Notes: generated by a model from the sequence alone, not told the origin. DNA of 64,000 bases from Spirochaetales bacterium (GCA_016930085.1 JAFGHO010000008.1:32146-96145); one strand, 5' to 3'; numbered from the stretch's first letter, positions 44,840 to 54,936 are shown. Numbers and translations: made by a program.

Positions 44840-45859
44840 ATGAGACGGTTACTTATTCTAGTTACCATCATGGGGCTATTAATCTGTAACATGGTTTTTT
44901 CTCAAAGTGATGTGGGCGAGACGTTCATCGATTTTAACGAATTGGTCGCCAATAAATCGATGGATGACGGAAGGGAAGAGAATCTCGAAACACTCGTTTA
45001 TTTTGGCGAACAGGCAATCGGATCGACGGAACATTTGAAAGATAAAATGTGGACGTCGCTTGCCGTGGACAACTGGCGAGTTACCCTCGCTTCGTCTTCC
45101 AGGATTGTCGATCGACAGCGGTATTGTATCGCAAAAGCCGTACAGACACGGGACGGGACTAATGTCATGGGTATCCGGATAAAGTTTCCCGAATCGGCTT
45201 TCAACTCGTACGCGGTTATCAAACCGCCGTTTGAAATCCAGGCCTACCAGAGAAAATACAAAATGTCGGGCGGGAACGTCGAGATGGGCGAAGAGGGTGT
45301 CGTCGAGGATGAAACCGATGTCGAAGGCAGCAAATTCGACAACAAAGGCGTATTAAAGAATGTCGGCGTCATAAAGACGATATCCGTCGATATTTACGGC
45401 GCCAATTATCCCCACGGGCTTGGTCTCATTCTGATGGACCAGAATTACGAAGAGAAAACCATTCATATCGGATATCTCAATTTCGAAGACTGGCGGACCC
45501 TTCAATGGGAAAATCCCAACTATATCGAGGATGTGAGAAACAGGCCGCTGCAAAAATATCCGCTCTATCCGCGGTCCGTTCCCTATATCAAACTGATCGG
45601 TTTTGTCATTTACCGTGACGCGAATGCGTGGGGCGGGGACTTCATCACCTACATCAAAAACATCAAAGTCACCTATGACGATGCGGTTATCGAGGGTGCC
45701 GAAACCGATATTGACCACGAAGCCACATGGGGTATTATCCGCGACAAGAACGAAAGAAGAAGAAAAGCGGAATACAGACGTCTCGGCGAACGGTTGCTGC
45801 TCGAGGTGATCGAACGACAGAAAACGGCCGAAATCAAGGAAGAGACGGGCGAGAAATAA
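44840..45859 (+). CDS. flaA: flagellar filament outer layer (sheath) protein FlaA
   Basis: Signal peptide, plus blocks that I recall from Treponema FlaA: IKPPFEIQAY, GVLKNVGVIKTISVDIYGANYPHGL, W.TLQWENPNYIEDVRNRPL..YPLYP, GGDFITYIKNIKVTYDDAV and WGII. Confidence 0.85.
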   Translation: MRRLLILVTIMGLLICNMVFSQSDVGETFIDFNELVANKSMDDGREENLETLVYFGEQAIGSTEHLKDKMWTSLAVDNWRVTLASSSRIVDRQRYCIAKAVQTRDGTNVMGIRIKFPESAFNSYAVIKPPFEIQAYQRKYKMSGGNVEMGEEGVVEDETDVEGSKFDNKGVLKNVGVIKTISVDIYGANYPHGLGLILMDQNYEEKTIHIGYLNFEDWRTLQWENPNYIEDVRNRPLQKYPLYPRSVPYIKLIGFVIYRDANAWGGDFITYIKNIKVTYDDAVIEGAETDIDHEATWGIIRDKNERRRKAEYRRLGERLLLEVIERQKTAEIKEETGEK

Positions 45860-45910
45860 GTATGTACTGTTTACATTAGAAACAGCGAATCATTTCAAAT
45901 GATAAAAAAA

Positions 45911-45946
45911 GGCTGTCCCGGATACACTCCGGACAGCCTTTTTTAT
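45911..45946 (+). terminator. intrinsic terminator after flaA (A-run upstream makes it potentially bidirectional)
   Basis: ggctgtcc(c)gg-atacact-ccggacagcc is followed by ttttttat and preceded by aaaaaaa. Confidence 0.7.
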
Positions 45947-45962
45947 ATATAAAACGTATTAA

Positions 45963-46035
45963 TAGCGGCGAAGGGATTTGAACCCCTGACCCAGCGGATA
46001 TGAGCCGCTTGCTCTACCACCTGAGCTACACCGCC
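45963..46035 (-). tRNA. tRNA with CAU anticodon (elongator Met, or Ile2 if lysidinylated)
   Basis: The minus strand folds by hand into a 73-nt cloverleaf: ggcggtg-ta-gctc-aggtggta-gagc-a-agcgg-ctCATat-ccgct-gggtc-agggg-ttcaaat-ccctt-cgccgct-a. No CCA is encoded. Confidence 0.9.
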
Positions 46036-46054
46036 ACAGTATAAATAACGGCCT

Positions 46055-46083
46055 ACTATACCAACATGAACCGGAATTGTCAA
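46055..46083 (-). promoter_or_regulatory. sigma70-like promoter of the tRNA gene
   Basis: On the minus strand: ttgaca (46083-46078), a 17-nt spacer, then tatagt (46060-46055). It lies about 20 nt upstream of the tRNA 5' end. Confidence 0.5.
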
Positions 46084-46276
46084 GAGAATCGGGTTATTTT
46101 AACGGTATACCCCGGATATCTTTTTTAATGTATATCCCGCAGGAAAACATCATAGAGATGACAGCGACAGGAGAACATGTTTGGCTTTTTATATGAATAC
46201 TTGACTATCGGATATAATCGACTATGATTAATGATGATAAACTCAATCGATTCCATAAACGAATCAAGGAGGCCAT

Positions 46277-46513
46277 ATGGAAAAGTATTTTTTTTCTCTC
46301 CTTTTGGTAATCCTGCTCGTGACAATATTCCCCGCTTACGCGGACGATGAAGATGAAGGTGAGGCGCGTTACACGGATGTTGAAATGGCGACGAAAAGGA
46401 TCGATTCGCTTAAGAAAGATAATGAGGATTATCGCAAAAAAATCGACGAAATCGAAGGCCAGATTGACAACACATCGAATCTTGAAGCGGAAGCGGATCG
46501 CCTTCTAGAATAA
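46277..46513 (+). CDS. small secreted acidic coiled-coil protein (78 aa)
   Basis: Signal peptide LLLVILLVTIFPAYA, then a charged heptad-like sequence. An aaggaggcc RBS is present. It ends 16 nt before the sensor kinase ORF. Confidence 0.45.
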   Translation: MEKYFFSLLLVILLVTIFPAYADDEDEGEARYTDVEMATKRIDSLKKDNEDYRKKIDEIEGQIDNTSNLEAEADRLLE

Positions 46514-46529
46514 GGCAAAAACATCGCAC

Positions 46530-48668
46530 GTGTTTCATCCGTTCCGTTTTCGTAAATGCAAACCATATGTTCACACCGCCGACAAGCAGCCTGTACGCCC
46601 GATATTGCGCATGTTTCTTTTCGGTTTATTTTCCGTCTGTACACTCACTTCGGTCTATTATTGTTTCAGATTTCTCCAGACACCATACACGGGGTTTCAT
46701 CTGAAACACCCCCCATTCACGGTGAAAGACGATGCTGTGTATTTCCGGACGGAATTTCCCTTTTCTCCGGCAGTCACTTCAGGCCTAATCAGCGGGAGAG
46801 ACCGTATAAAGTCGATCGACATGATGGAAATCCACACGGTTGGAGACGCATTAAAGATTCTTTATAGCAAAACCGATTTTTCTCCCATCACCATCCTGGC
46901 TTTGCGCGACGATTCCATGCCGTACCGGATAACGATTTCACCGTACTTCAACCTCTTCCGCGTGGAATGGATGCTGATCGTTCTGTCGTCGTGTGTAGCG
47001 GGATACATCGGTTTTTACCTTTGCTTCGCATTTTATGATCGTCTCGAACACAGCGTCATGGCCTCCGCCGCGATCCTCGCAATGATGGGCGGTTGTGTCG
47101 TTCCTTTTTCTTACACGTCGGTTTTTTCGTTCATACTGTCCCACACGGAATTGTTCGTTTTCTGGGCGGTTTACTTCTGCCTCAGGTTGACGACGCAAAA
47201 AGACAGGGTTAAAAAAACAACCTCGGATGCGATTATCCTCCTTTTTCTTTTTATCATCTATCTTTTTTTTCGGGTATATGTTTTTCATGTATGGTCAGTC
47301 ACCGGTGAGGATCGGTGGTTTGTGATCCTGGCCGAAGCGGAAAAAATCAACTATATCGTTTTGGGCTTGTTATCCGCGTTAGTCATACTACTGCTGATGC
47401 GTGCACGCGCCGCAGCGCGTATAAAAAAACAAACCGACTGGATCCTTTCAGGATTTATTCTCTGGATGGGTCCTCTGTTCTTTTTTGAACAGCTGCCCCG
47501 GATTTTGGAATATACGGGCATACGGAATATGAGTCTTGATTATTATTCATCCGTTTTCTTTATCATATTTGCCGTATTTTACCTGATCGGGATCATTCGA
47601 CAATCTTCGGAGGACGGACGCGCCGTAATGCCTAAATCACTTGCGTATATTCTGGTGGTCGCGGGATCCCTGTTCATGTATTCGACGTGCCTGGTACCCC
47701 TGACTACACTGATGGCTTCAGCATCCGTTATGCCCCCGCGATATACATTGATGGTAAGTGCCTTTCTTCTTTTTTTGTTTCTTCTTCCCCTCGCATTATC
47801 GATTAGCGTTATTGTGAAAAAAAAATACGACAGGAAAACAACGAATTCGATTCAGGCAACGTTTCCGGAATTATCGCTTTCCGAATTACAAAAAAGTTAT
47901 TCGGATATCACTGCGGCATTCGGGGAATTAAAAGAAAATTTCACCGCGGCCCTCCAGACGGAAAAATTACACGATATTGCAGGCGTGGTCAGGGGAATGA
48001 CGCGGGTGATAAAAAACACCATCCTTCGGGTGGAAAAGGGATGTATGCTTATGAAAGGCAGACTCGGTTCTCTGGTCCAACTCAAATCAAAAGACAGCGG
48101 ATACGATGCGTTGAAGTATAAAAAAAGAATCAGGGATATGGAACATACGATTATCGTCATACACAAAGGGTGTTTGGATTGTCTTTTATTGTGCGACCGG
48201 TTTTCCGGTACGGTCCGCGAAACCCCGTCGATCGTAACATCGATCGATTGCCGCACCCTGGTAAAACAGGCGGTTTGTGAAATAAAAAAATTATTTCCCG
48301 ATACAAAAATCCCGATTACCGTTGAAAAAGGTGTCAGGATTCAATGCCGGCCGGCTGAAATAATCAATGCACTCACCGCCATTCTTCAAAACGCGCAGGA
48401 AGCATGTACGTCGACATCCGCGTGCATAACGGTCGATGTATGCAGGCAAGCGGGTAGTGTAACGATTAAAATAGCCGACAGGGGTTCCGGTCTCGCCGGC
48501 TCAAACCGAAAACGTCTTTTTGAACCGTTTTATTCGACAAAAGAACATCATTTTGGCCTCGGACTCTTTATGAGTAAAATTTTCATTGAAAAAAACTCGG
48601 GAAGCATTGAAATCAGCGGAAACGAAAGGAAAACATACGTCATCCTCACATTCAAATCCGCGCGGTAG
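46530..48668 (+). CDS. polytopic sensor histidine kinase-like protein
   Basis: The C-terminal HATPase_c has N-box ILQNAQEA, G1 IADRGSGL and G2 HFGLGLFMSK. A candidate H-box is EKLHDIAGVVRGM. The N-terminal region has a PDZ-like segment and about 10 TM helices. The start is uncertain (GTG at 46530 or ATG at 46611). Confidence 0.75.
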   Translation: MFHPFRFRKCKPYVHTADKQPVRPILRMFLFGLFSVCTLTSVYYCFRFLQTPYTGFHLKHPPFTVKDDAVYFRTEFPFSPAVTSGLISGRDRIKSIDMMEIHTVGDALKILYSKTDFSPITILALRDDSMPYRITISPYFNLFRVEWMLIVLSSCVAGYIGFYLCFAFYDRLEHSVMASAAILAMMGGCVVPFSYTSVFSFILSHTELFVFWAVYFCLRLTTQKDRVKKTTSDAIILLFLFIIYLFFRVYVFHVWSVTGEDRWFVILAEAEKINYIVLGLLSALVILLLMRARAAARIKKQTDWILSGFILWMGPLFFFEQLPRILEYTGIRNMSLDYYSSVFFIIFAVFYLIGIIRQSSEDGRAVMPKSLAYILVVAGSLFMYSTCLVPLTTLMASASVMPPRYTLMVSAFLLFLFLLPLALSISVIVKKKYDRKTTNSIQATFPELSLSELQKSYSDITAAFGELKENFTAALQTEKLHDIAGVVRGMTRVIKNTILRVEKGCMLMKGRLGSLVQLKSKDSGYDALKYKKRIRDMEHTIIVIHKGCLDCLLLCDRFSGTVRETPSIVTSIDCRTLVKQAVCEIKKLFPDTKIPITVEKGVRIQCRPAEIINALTAILQNAQEACTSTSACITVDVCRQAGSVTIKIADRGSGLAGSNRKRLFEPFYSTKEHHFGLGLFMSKIFIEKNSGSIEISGNERKTYVILTFKSAR

Positions 48669-48844
48669 CCTCGGTATCGGGGTTAAAAAAAGAAAATAAT
48701 TGAAATTGGAAGCGGAATCAATATAATAATAGGTATCATGCTGTCATTTTCTCGTATATTACAATTAACGGAAAGGGATTGGCAATTGATTCAACATGAA
48801 AGACAATTGCCGCAAACGATAAAAGTATGTGGTTTGGGGGTATC

Positions 48845-50464
48845 ATGGAAAAAGAAATAACGACTTTACTTTCTGCAGTCACGATGGGTAAAGTGGAAAT
48901 CGGATTTGTCCTTTTTGATGAAAACAAAAAGGTCATCTATGTGAATGATTTTGTCGAGACCGTTACCGGATATACAAAAAGCGAATTGATCGGTACGCAA
49001 TTGTTCGACAGTATTGTCAAGGATGAAAAATATCGCGAGCTTTCGCTTGCGAAACTGAGTAATTGTTACGATCGTCCGTTTAATGATTTTGATGTCACGA
49101 TCGTTCAAAAGGACGGCAAGGCCGCCGTTTTTCATCTCCAGGGATCTTCCTTCACGGAAGAAGGAACACATTACGCGGTTATCGTGATACAGGACATTAC
49201 AAAGAAAAAGGAGTTCGAGAAGGTCATTGAATCGACGTATGACAATATCATGCAGTCGACGATCGATCTCGATGCGGCGCTGAAAAAAATAAAGGAACAG
49301 CGAAGGGTACTCGAAGAATACAAGACAAAAATGGAACGGGAACTCAATGTCGCAAAGACGGTCCAGAAAGCGATTATTCCCAAAGAATTTCTTCGCAACG
49401 AGTATGTGGAAATATGGGGTGTCTCGATACCGAATGATGAATTGGGCGGGGACTATTTCGATCTTTTCAGACCCGATGCTTCCAAACTCGGAATACTGAT
49501 CGCCGATGTTTCCGGTCACGGTGTTCCGTCCGCACTTATCACGACAATGATCAAGGTATATTTCGAACGTTACGCAAAGGAGTTTGCGGTACCGGAGAAC
49601 GTTTTTATTCAAGTGAATAATGAAGTGACGAAAACATTACAGGAAACGGGTTTGTACCTGACCGCCTTCTACAGTATCGTCGACCTCGATACGATGATTA
49701 TTACCAGTACCTGTGCGGGCCATGATTTCGCAATCTGCTACGATCCAAAAAAGGACGAAATATCACAACTGGGGAAAACGGAAAAGGGTACGATTATCGG
49801 AACATTTGAAGAAGCGGAATATGATTCATCTTTGTTCCAGCTTGAAAATGGAAACAAGGTGTTGTTTTTTACCGATGGAATAACCGAAGCCCGTAATAAA
49901 AACGGAGATTTTTTCGGCATTGAACGACTGATCAAGCTGCTGAAAAAACACAAGAACAAAAGGCCGAAAGAGTTTATCGATTTACTGATCGATGAGCTCA
50001 ATGCATTTTCCGTCGACGCCCCCGCCCAGGATGACCGGACAATAATCATGCTCGATGTGTTGAAAATACCGGATCCGGAGGATGTTTCCGAAGAAAAATT
50101 GAAAACAATTATCGATACCGCATTTAGAAACGGAAGGAAATATGTCAAGGAAAAACAATACAGTGCCGCCGTCAACGAATTTCTGAAGATCATCAAGTTC
50201 GACAGCAATTCTTCCGGTGCGTACTCATATCTGGGACAGGTATTCGGAATATTCGGAGATTTCGAGAAAGCGGAAGAATGCCTGAATAAGGCGATCGAGT
50301 TGAATCGATCTTATGTTCAGGGATACTATTTTCTCGGCATCATTCTCTATAAAGAAAAAAAATATGAGGAAGCAAAAGCCTGCTGGTTGAAATTAAAAGA
50401 GATCGCCGGAGATTTCAAAAACGTCGACGATTATATCAAAAAACTCGAAAAAATGGGGATTTGA
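48845..50464 (+). CDS. PAS - PP2C/SpoIIE-type serine phosphatase - TPR protein
   Basis: A PAS-like N-terminus is followed by GGDYFDLF, ILIADVSGHGVPSALITTMIK and FFTDGITEARN (SpoIIE/RsbU-type). C-terminal TPR repeats include YSYLGQVFGIFGDFEKAEECLNKAIELN. Confidence 0.85.
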   Translation: MEKEITTLLSAVTMGKVEIGFVLFDENKKVIYVNDFVETVTGYTKSELIGTQLFDSIVKDEKYRELSLAKLSNCYDRPFNDFDVTIVQKDGKAAVFHLQGSSFTEEGTHYAVIVIQDITKKKEFEKVIESTYDNIMQSTIDLDAALKKIKEQRRVLEEYKTKMERELNVAKTVQKAIIPKEFLRNEYVEIWGVSIPNDELGGDYFDLFRPDASKLGILIADVSGHGVPSALITTMIKVYFERYAKEFAVPENVFIQVNNEVTKTLQETGLYLTAFYSIVDLDTMIITSTCAGHDFAICYDPKKDEISQLGKTEKGTIIGTFEEAEYDSSLFQLENGNKVLFFTDGITEARNKNGDFFGIERLIKLLKKHKNKRPKEFIDLLIDELNAFSVDAPAQDDRTIIMLDVLKIPDPEDVSEEKLKTIIDTAFRNGRKYVKEKQYSAAVNEFLKIIKFDSNSSGAYSYLGQVFGIFGDFEKAEECLNKAIELNRSYVQGYYFLGIILYKEKKYEEAKACWLKLKEIAGDFKNVDDYIKKLEKMGI

Positions 50465-50656
50465 TTGATAAACAGCTCATTGACGGTTTCTTTTTTATTT
50501 TTCACGTTGTTTTGGTCACGATGGCTTTTTACGTAACGATGAAAAGGTGTCTATTTTTGGAATCTTCCTCTTGAAATTCCCTGTAATTGCCTTTATTATG
50601 AATCGCCTGTCATTGAAAATTATTCATGCAAGAGGTTAAAAAAGGAAACGAGGGAG

Positions 50657-52753
50657 ATGGCTGTAAAAAAGAAAAAGATGAGTATCGTATCGACACTCAC
50701 CCCATACAAAAAATATCTCATACCCGGACTGGTTGTTCTTTTCGCTGTCATATTCTTTTCCGTTGTGATGGCAATGGTAGGCGGTGTTAACGCACGGCTT
50801 TCGGATATCATCAGGAATTTGGCTAAAACAAGGGATGATATCGATGTGATCAATCAGAGTCTACTCCTTTCCATCGCCCATACCAACGAAATGAGAACCC
50901 ATTTGGGATTATCGGTAAAAACATATCCCATTAATGAAAAAACCGATCCGGAAGAAGCGGATGAAGCCGAAGGCAGGGAGAATCTCGCTTTTTTCAAGGC
51001 GATCGAAACGATGTTTTCATCCTATGCCGATGAAACGTATACCAGGAAATTCGATTCGATTGCAGAAGACGAGAGGTTGATCGATATCGTCAACCGATAC
51101 GGATTTCAGACGGAAAAAGTTGAACCGTATACGTTACGGCTCATGAAAAACAAAACGGAATGGTTCTCCCTGCAATACATGCCGGAAGGGGATACCCTTA
51201 CGATTAGCACTCTCTCGGGCGATTATCTCGAGGGGGTGAGTCCCGGAAAGGATGCGGCCGTAAAAATCGAAGGCCTCATCCCGCGGGTCGACTTATATAA
51301 TTCGAAACTCAACGTCGCTTTAGGGCAATTGAAGAACATCGAGAGCGTCACCGCAGTCGGACAGGCACTCAGGAACAAGGAACTGACAGTCGCATTATCT
51401 TCCGAAGATACTGATAAATATTCATATAATGTCAATAAAGGCAGCAAGAACTTCGGGAATATCGGTTTATATAAAAAAGGCTGCCTGTTTTTTATTAATG
51501 ATCACATCTATGATTCGTTCGAGCTTTTTTATGAAGATTTTCTTTCCTATGTCGTCGATCTCGACACAAGGGATGAGCGGGCGAGACGGTTTTCGGATGC
51601 TTTGGAAACCCTTCAGAATATATTTACCGATAAAGCATTTTTAACACTTCTTGAATCGAAAGGCCTTCATATCGTCCAGACATCGAGGAAGGATGAATAT
51701 TTTACCTATTATGACGTGGTTGACAAAAGCGGGGCGCATATCGGGAGTTTTGCCGTCGATATGATGCATTTTGAAATTTATATCATGGACTCAGACGATA
51801 TTCAGATCGGTTCGATCAAATCCCTCATGGAACGCGGTGGTGAAGAGACAAAAAAAAAAATAAGCCTGCCGGAGACAATACCGCAAATTGAGGGTTTATA
51901 TCATTCGGAAGATACACTCAATCTTCTTCTTTGCGGCTCCAATGTAAACAATACCGATACGATCATGATCCTTCACATCGACCGGAAGGAGAAAAAGATA
52001 ACGATCGTCAGCGTTCCACGCGATCTCTACTATAAAGGCCGGAGAATCAATACGGTCTACTGGGCGTGGGGGCCGAATCAGCTGCTTCGGGAACTCGAAG
52101 AGATAACGGGATTGAAAATTGAAAAATTCATGCATATCGATATGTTCGCCTTTATCGACGTGGTGGATATTCTCGGGGGTATCGACATTTACCTCTATCA
52201 TGATCTTATCGATCCGACCTATAAAATAAAGGAAAACGGGAAATGGGAGACCCTGTGTTATAAAAAGGGGACCTATCACCTCAATGGCGTGCAAACCCTG
52301 CGCGTCGCGCGATCACGGCATTACTCGACCGATTTCGACAGATCACGTCGACAGCAGACGATTATTATGGCGATCCGCGACCGGCTGAAGGAAATGAGTA
52401 TCTTCAATCTCGATAAAATATATCAAATCATTTCGACACTTCTGAAATACGTCAGAACAAACATTACCCCCCTCGAAATGGCGTATTATTTCAATACCTT
52501 CAAGGATTATCGCATCAACGCGCAAAACACCCTCGATACCACCAATGTTCTTTATGCGACCTATTCCAATATCTATCTGCTCGGAAGCGATTTCGATGAA
52601 AGCCGGCTTGACGAGAATTTCAACAAGGGTGCCTGGATACTCCTCCCCATAAACAATGACTTCAATCTCGTCAAATGGTATGTCCGAGAACTCATTACCA
52701 ATGGTAAAATCAAACCGGAAACGATGGAAGAAAAAAGAGTCGCCATGGAATAG
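50657..52753 (+). CDS. LytR-CpsA-Psr (LCP) family protein with about 400-aa N-terminal extension
   Basis: N-terminal TM helix. The C-terminal LCP core has NLLLCGSNVNNTDTIMILHIDRKEKKITIVSVPRDLYY, FMHIDMFAFIDVVDILGGIDI and LRVARSRH. Confidence 0.8.
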   Translation: MAVKKKKMSIVSTLTPYKKYLIPGLVVLFAVIFFSVVMAMVGGVNARLSDIIRNLAKTRDDIDVINQSLLLSIAHTNEMRTHLGLSVKTYPINEKTDPEEADEAEGRENLAFFKAIETMFSSYADETYTRKFDSIAEDERLIDIVNRYGFQTEKVEPYTLRLMKNKTEWFSLQYMPEGDTLTISTLSGDYLEGVSPGKDAAVKIEGLIPRVDLYNSKLNVALGQLKNIESVTAVGQALRNKELTVALSSEDTDKYSYNVNKGSKNFGNIGLYKKGCLFFINDHIYDSFELFYEDFLSYVVDLDTRDERARRFSDALETLQNIFTDKAFLTLLESKGLHIVQTSRKDEYFTYYDVVDKSGAHIGSFAVDMMHFEIYIMDSDDIQIGSIKSLMERGGEETKKKISLPETIPQIEGLYHSEDTLNLLLCGSNVNNTDTIMILHIDRKEKKITIVSVPRDLYYKGRRINTVYWAWGPNQLLRELEEITGLKIEKFMHIDMFAFIDVVDILGGIDIYLYHDLIDPTYKIKENGKWETLCYKKGTYHLNGVQTLRVARSRHYSTDFDRSRRQQTIIMAIRDRLKEMSIFNLDKIYQIISTLLKYVRTNITPLEMAYYFNTFKDYRINAQNTLDTTNVLYATYSNIYLLGSDFDESRLDENFNKGAWILLPINNDFNLVKWYVRELITNGKIKPETMEEKRVAME

Positions 52754-52877
52754 CCGTTGGAAACATGCGGAGATACCGGGCTGTAGACATAATGAGGAGA
52801 TTGGTTTACATTAATGCTATAGCCGGATTATCAATCCTTTGCTATAAAATTTTTACCTTTTTATAAGGAGGTCTTGT

Positions 52878-53222
52878 ATGGGAGAACTGGTTCCAAGACA
52901 GCAACTCGTTAAACAGGCAATGGTCGGAGTCGGAGGTATAGGGGGCGGCATCATACTGCTCGCGCTCGGCGGAGTGGGATTCTGGCCGGGAATCATTATC
53001 GGCGGGCTTATCGGCATCGTCGGACTGGCTATGGCCGCTTCAAAAAAAGACAAAGGCGCCGGTCTTATCGTCGCGGGCGGTGGTATCGTGTATGCGTTAT
53101 CCCGGCTTCCTTTTTTGAAACCCATCGCCGGCTTTCTGCTCGGTGCGGGCGGTATCGCCTTGATTGCCGTCGGCGCTTATTCGGCCTATAAATTCATAAA
53201 AAACCTGAATGCCAGACGATAA
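52878..53222 (+). CDS. small glycine-zipper membrane protein
   Basis: 114 aa with three Gly-rich TM helices (GVGGIGGGIILLALGGVGF, GIIIGGLIGIVGLAMA, FLLGAGGIALIAVGAY). An aaggaggtc RBS is present. Confidence 0.55.
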   Translation: MGELVPRQQLVKQAMVGVGGIGGGIILLALGGVGFWPGIIIGGLIGIVGLAMAASKKDKGAGLIVAGGGIVYALSRLPFLKPIAGFLLGAGGIALIAVGAYSAYKFIKNLNARR

Positions 53223-53234
53223 CAGCCATTCGGT

Positions 53235-54548
53235 ATGAACGTGAATACCTACTGGATCGAGACCTACGGCTGTCAGATGAACAAAGCCGAAAGCGGGTCC
53301 ATGGAAGACCAGCTCGATACGCGGGGATGGGTCCGCGCCGAACGCGATACCGATGCCGATGTCGTTATTCTCAACACCTGTTCCGTGAGAAAAACGGCCG
53401 AGACACGGATATGGGGGCGGATCGGTCATTTTAAACATATCAAGGAGACGCGTCCCCAGACACTCATTGTCACCGGATGTATGGCGGAAAGGCTGAAGGA
53501 CAAATTCTTCAAAAAGACTCCTGAAGTGGATATTGTGATAGGAAATTTCAACAAGCATACGCTCGGTGATATTTGCGACTCACTCTCCGCAAACGGGAGC
53601 AAACATCTCCATGCGGATCATGATTCATACCGTTTTCTCAAGACACACGGGATGACCGGGGCAAAGGCATTTGTCCCGGTCATGCACGGATGCAATAATT
53701 ACTGTTCATACTGTATCGTCCCTTATGTACGCGGTCCCGAGGTGTCCCGCGATCCGGATGAAATACTCGGGGAGATCCGGCGGCTCGATGGCGAAGGGGT
53801 AAAGGAAATAACCCTCCTCGGACAGAATGTCAATTCATATCGCTATAGCGATAACGGCTCCTTCATCGATTTTCCGGCGCTCCTCGAGTGGGTTCTATCC
53901 GCCGTGAAGCATATCGAATGGATCAGGTTCCTCACATCGCATCCAAAGGATATATCGAAAGGATTGATCCGCCTGATCGCAGAACAGCCATCTCTCTGCC
54001 GCCATATTCATCTGCCGGTACAGCACGGTTCGGACAGGATCCTTTCGCTGATGAACAGGGGGTATACCGCATCCGATTACAGGGAACTCGTTCGGGAGAT
54101 CAAAAAAAACGTCAGCGGCATCACGCTTTCAACCGATATTCTGATTGGGTTCCCCGGCGAAACGGAGGACGATTTCAGGGCGACAATCGGGTTCATGAAA
54201 GAAATCGAATTCGAGGACGCCTTTATGTACCGATACAACAGAAGGGAAGGAACAGCTGCCGCGACAATGGATGACAATGTCGACGAAAGCATAAAGTTGA
54301 AGCGTCTCGATGAGATTATACGATTACAAAGGGACATCTCCCTGAAAAAAAAGAAGCTGAAATGCGGAACAACCGCGAAGGTCCTTGTTGAAACCGTATC
54401 GAAAAAAAACAGAGGCGAACTGCTGGGAAGAACCGAACAGGATGAAATGGTCGTTTTTGCCGGAAGCCCTCACCGTATCGGTACGTTCCTGAATGTCGAA
54501 TTATTATCACTGAAAGGGAACACCTTTTGGGGAAAGGAGAATATTTGA
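53235..54548 (+). CDS. miaB: tRNA-i6A37 methylthiotransferase
   Basis: Motifs are YWIETYGCQMNKAES, DVVILNTCSVR, the radical SAM motif HGCNNYCSYCIVPYVRG, and a C-terminal TRAM domain. Confidence 0.9.
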   Translation: MNVNTYWIETYGCQMNKAESGSMEDQLDTRGWVRAERDTDADVVILNTCSVRKTAETRIWGRIGHFKHIKETRPQTLIVTGCMAERLKDKFFKKTPEVDIVIGNFNKHTLGDICDSLSANGSKHLHADHDSYRFLKTHGMTGAKAFVPVMHGCNNYCSYCIVPYVRGPEVSRDPDEILGEIRRLDGEGVKEITLLGQNVNSYRYSDNGSFIDFPALLEWVLSAVKHIEWIRFLTSHPKDISKGLIRLIAEQPSLCRHIHLPVQHGSDRILSLMNRGYTASDYRELVREIKKNVSGITLSTDILIGFPGETEDDFRATIGFMKEIEFEDAFMYRYNRREGTAAATMDDNVDESIKLKRLDEIIRLQRDISLKKKKLKCGTTAKVLVETVSKKNRGELLGRTEQDEMVVFAGSPHRIGTFLNVELLSLKGNTFWGKENI

Positions 54549-54549
54549 A

Positions 54550-54936
54550 ATGCCCTGGAAACTCATTGGTATACTCTCCATCCTGACACTGTTTCTTGTC
54601 TTTGCCTGGTTCAATACCCATCTCGTCACCATTTATTTCGGCCCCGTAAAAGTCGAGAATATTCCGATGTTCGTATCGCTTTTTTTCTCGTTTCTTTCAG
54701 GGGCGATTATCGCCCTTCCGTTTTCACTCATCAGCTCGATCAAGAAGAAAAAGAAAATCAAGCAGCAGCTAAAAGAGAAAAACGAACTTCTCAAGGAGGA
54801 AATAAAAGAAGGCAGGGATCGTAATGCATACATCGAAAGCAATCACGGGAAAGAAAACGGCGGGACTTACGATGGTCCCCTCGACGACAAGGAAGAAGAG
54901 AAAACCGTAAAAAAATCAAAAAAGAAACGAAAATGA
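54550..54936 (+). CDS. LapA/DUF1049-like membrane protein with Lys/Glu-rich tail
   Basis: Two TM helices (ILSILTLFLVFAWFN and MFVSLFFSFLSGAIIALPF) are followed by a charged tail. It begins 2 nt after miaB. Confidence 0.55.
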   Translation: MPWKLIGILSILTLFLVFAWFNTHLVTIYFGPVKVENIPMFVSLFFSFLSGAIIALPFSLISSIKKKKKIKQQLKEKNELLKEEIKEGRDRNAYIESNHGKENGGTYDGPLDDKEEEKTVKKSKKKRK

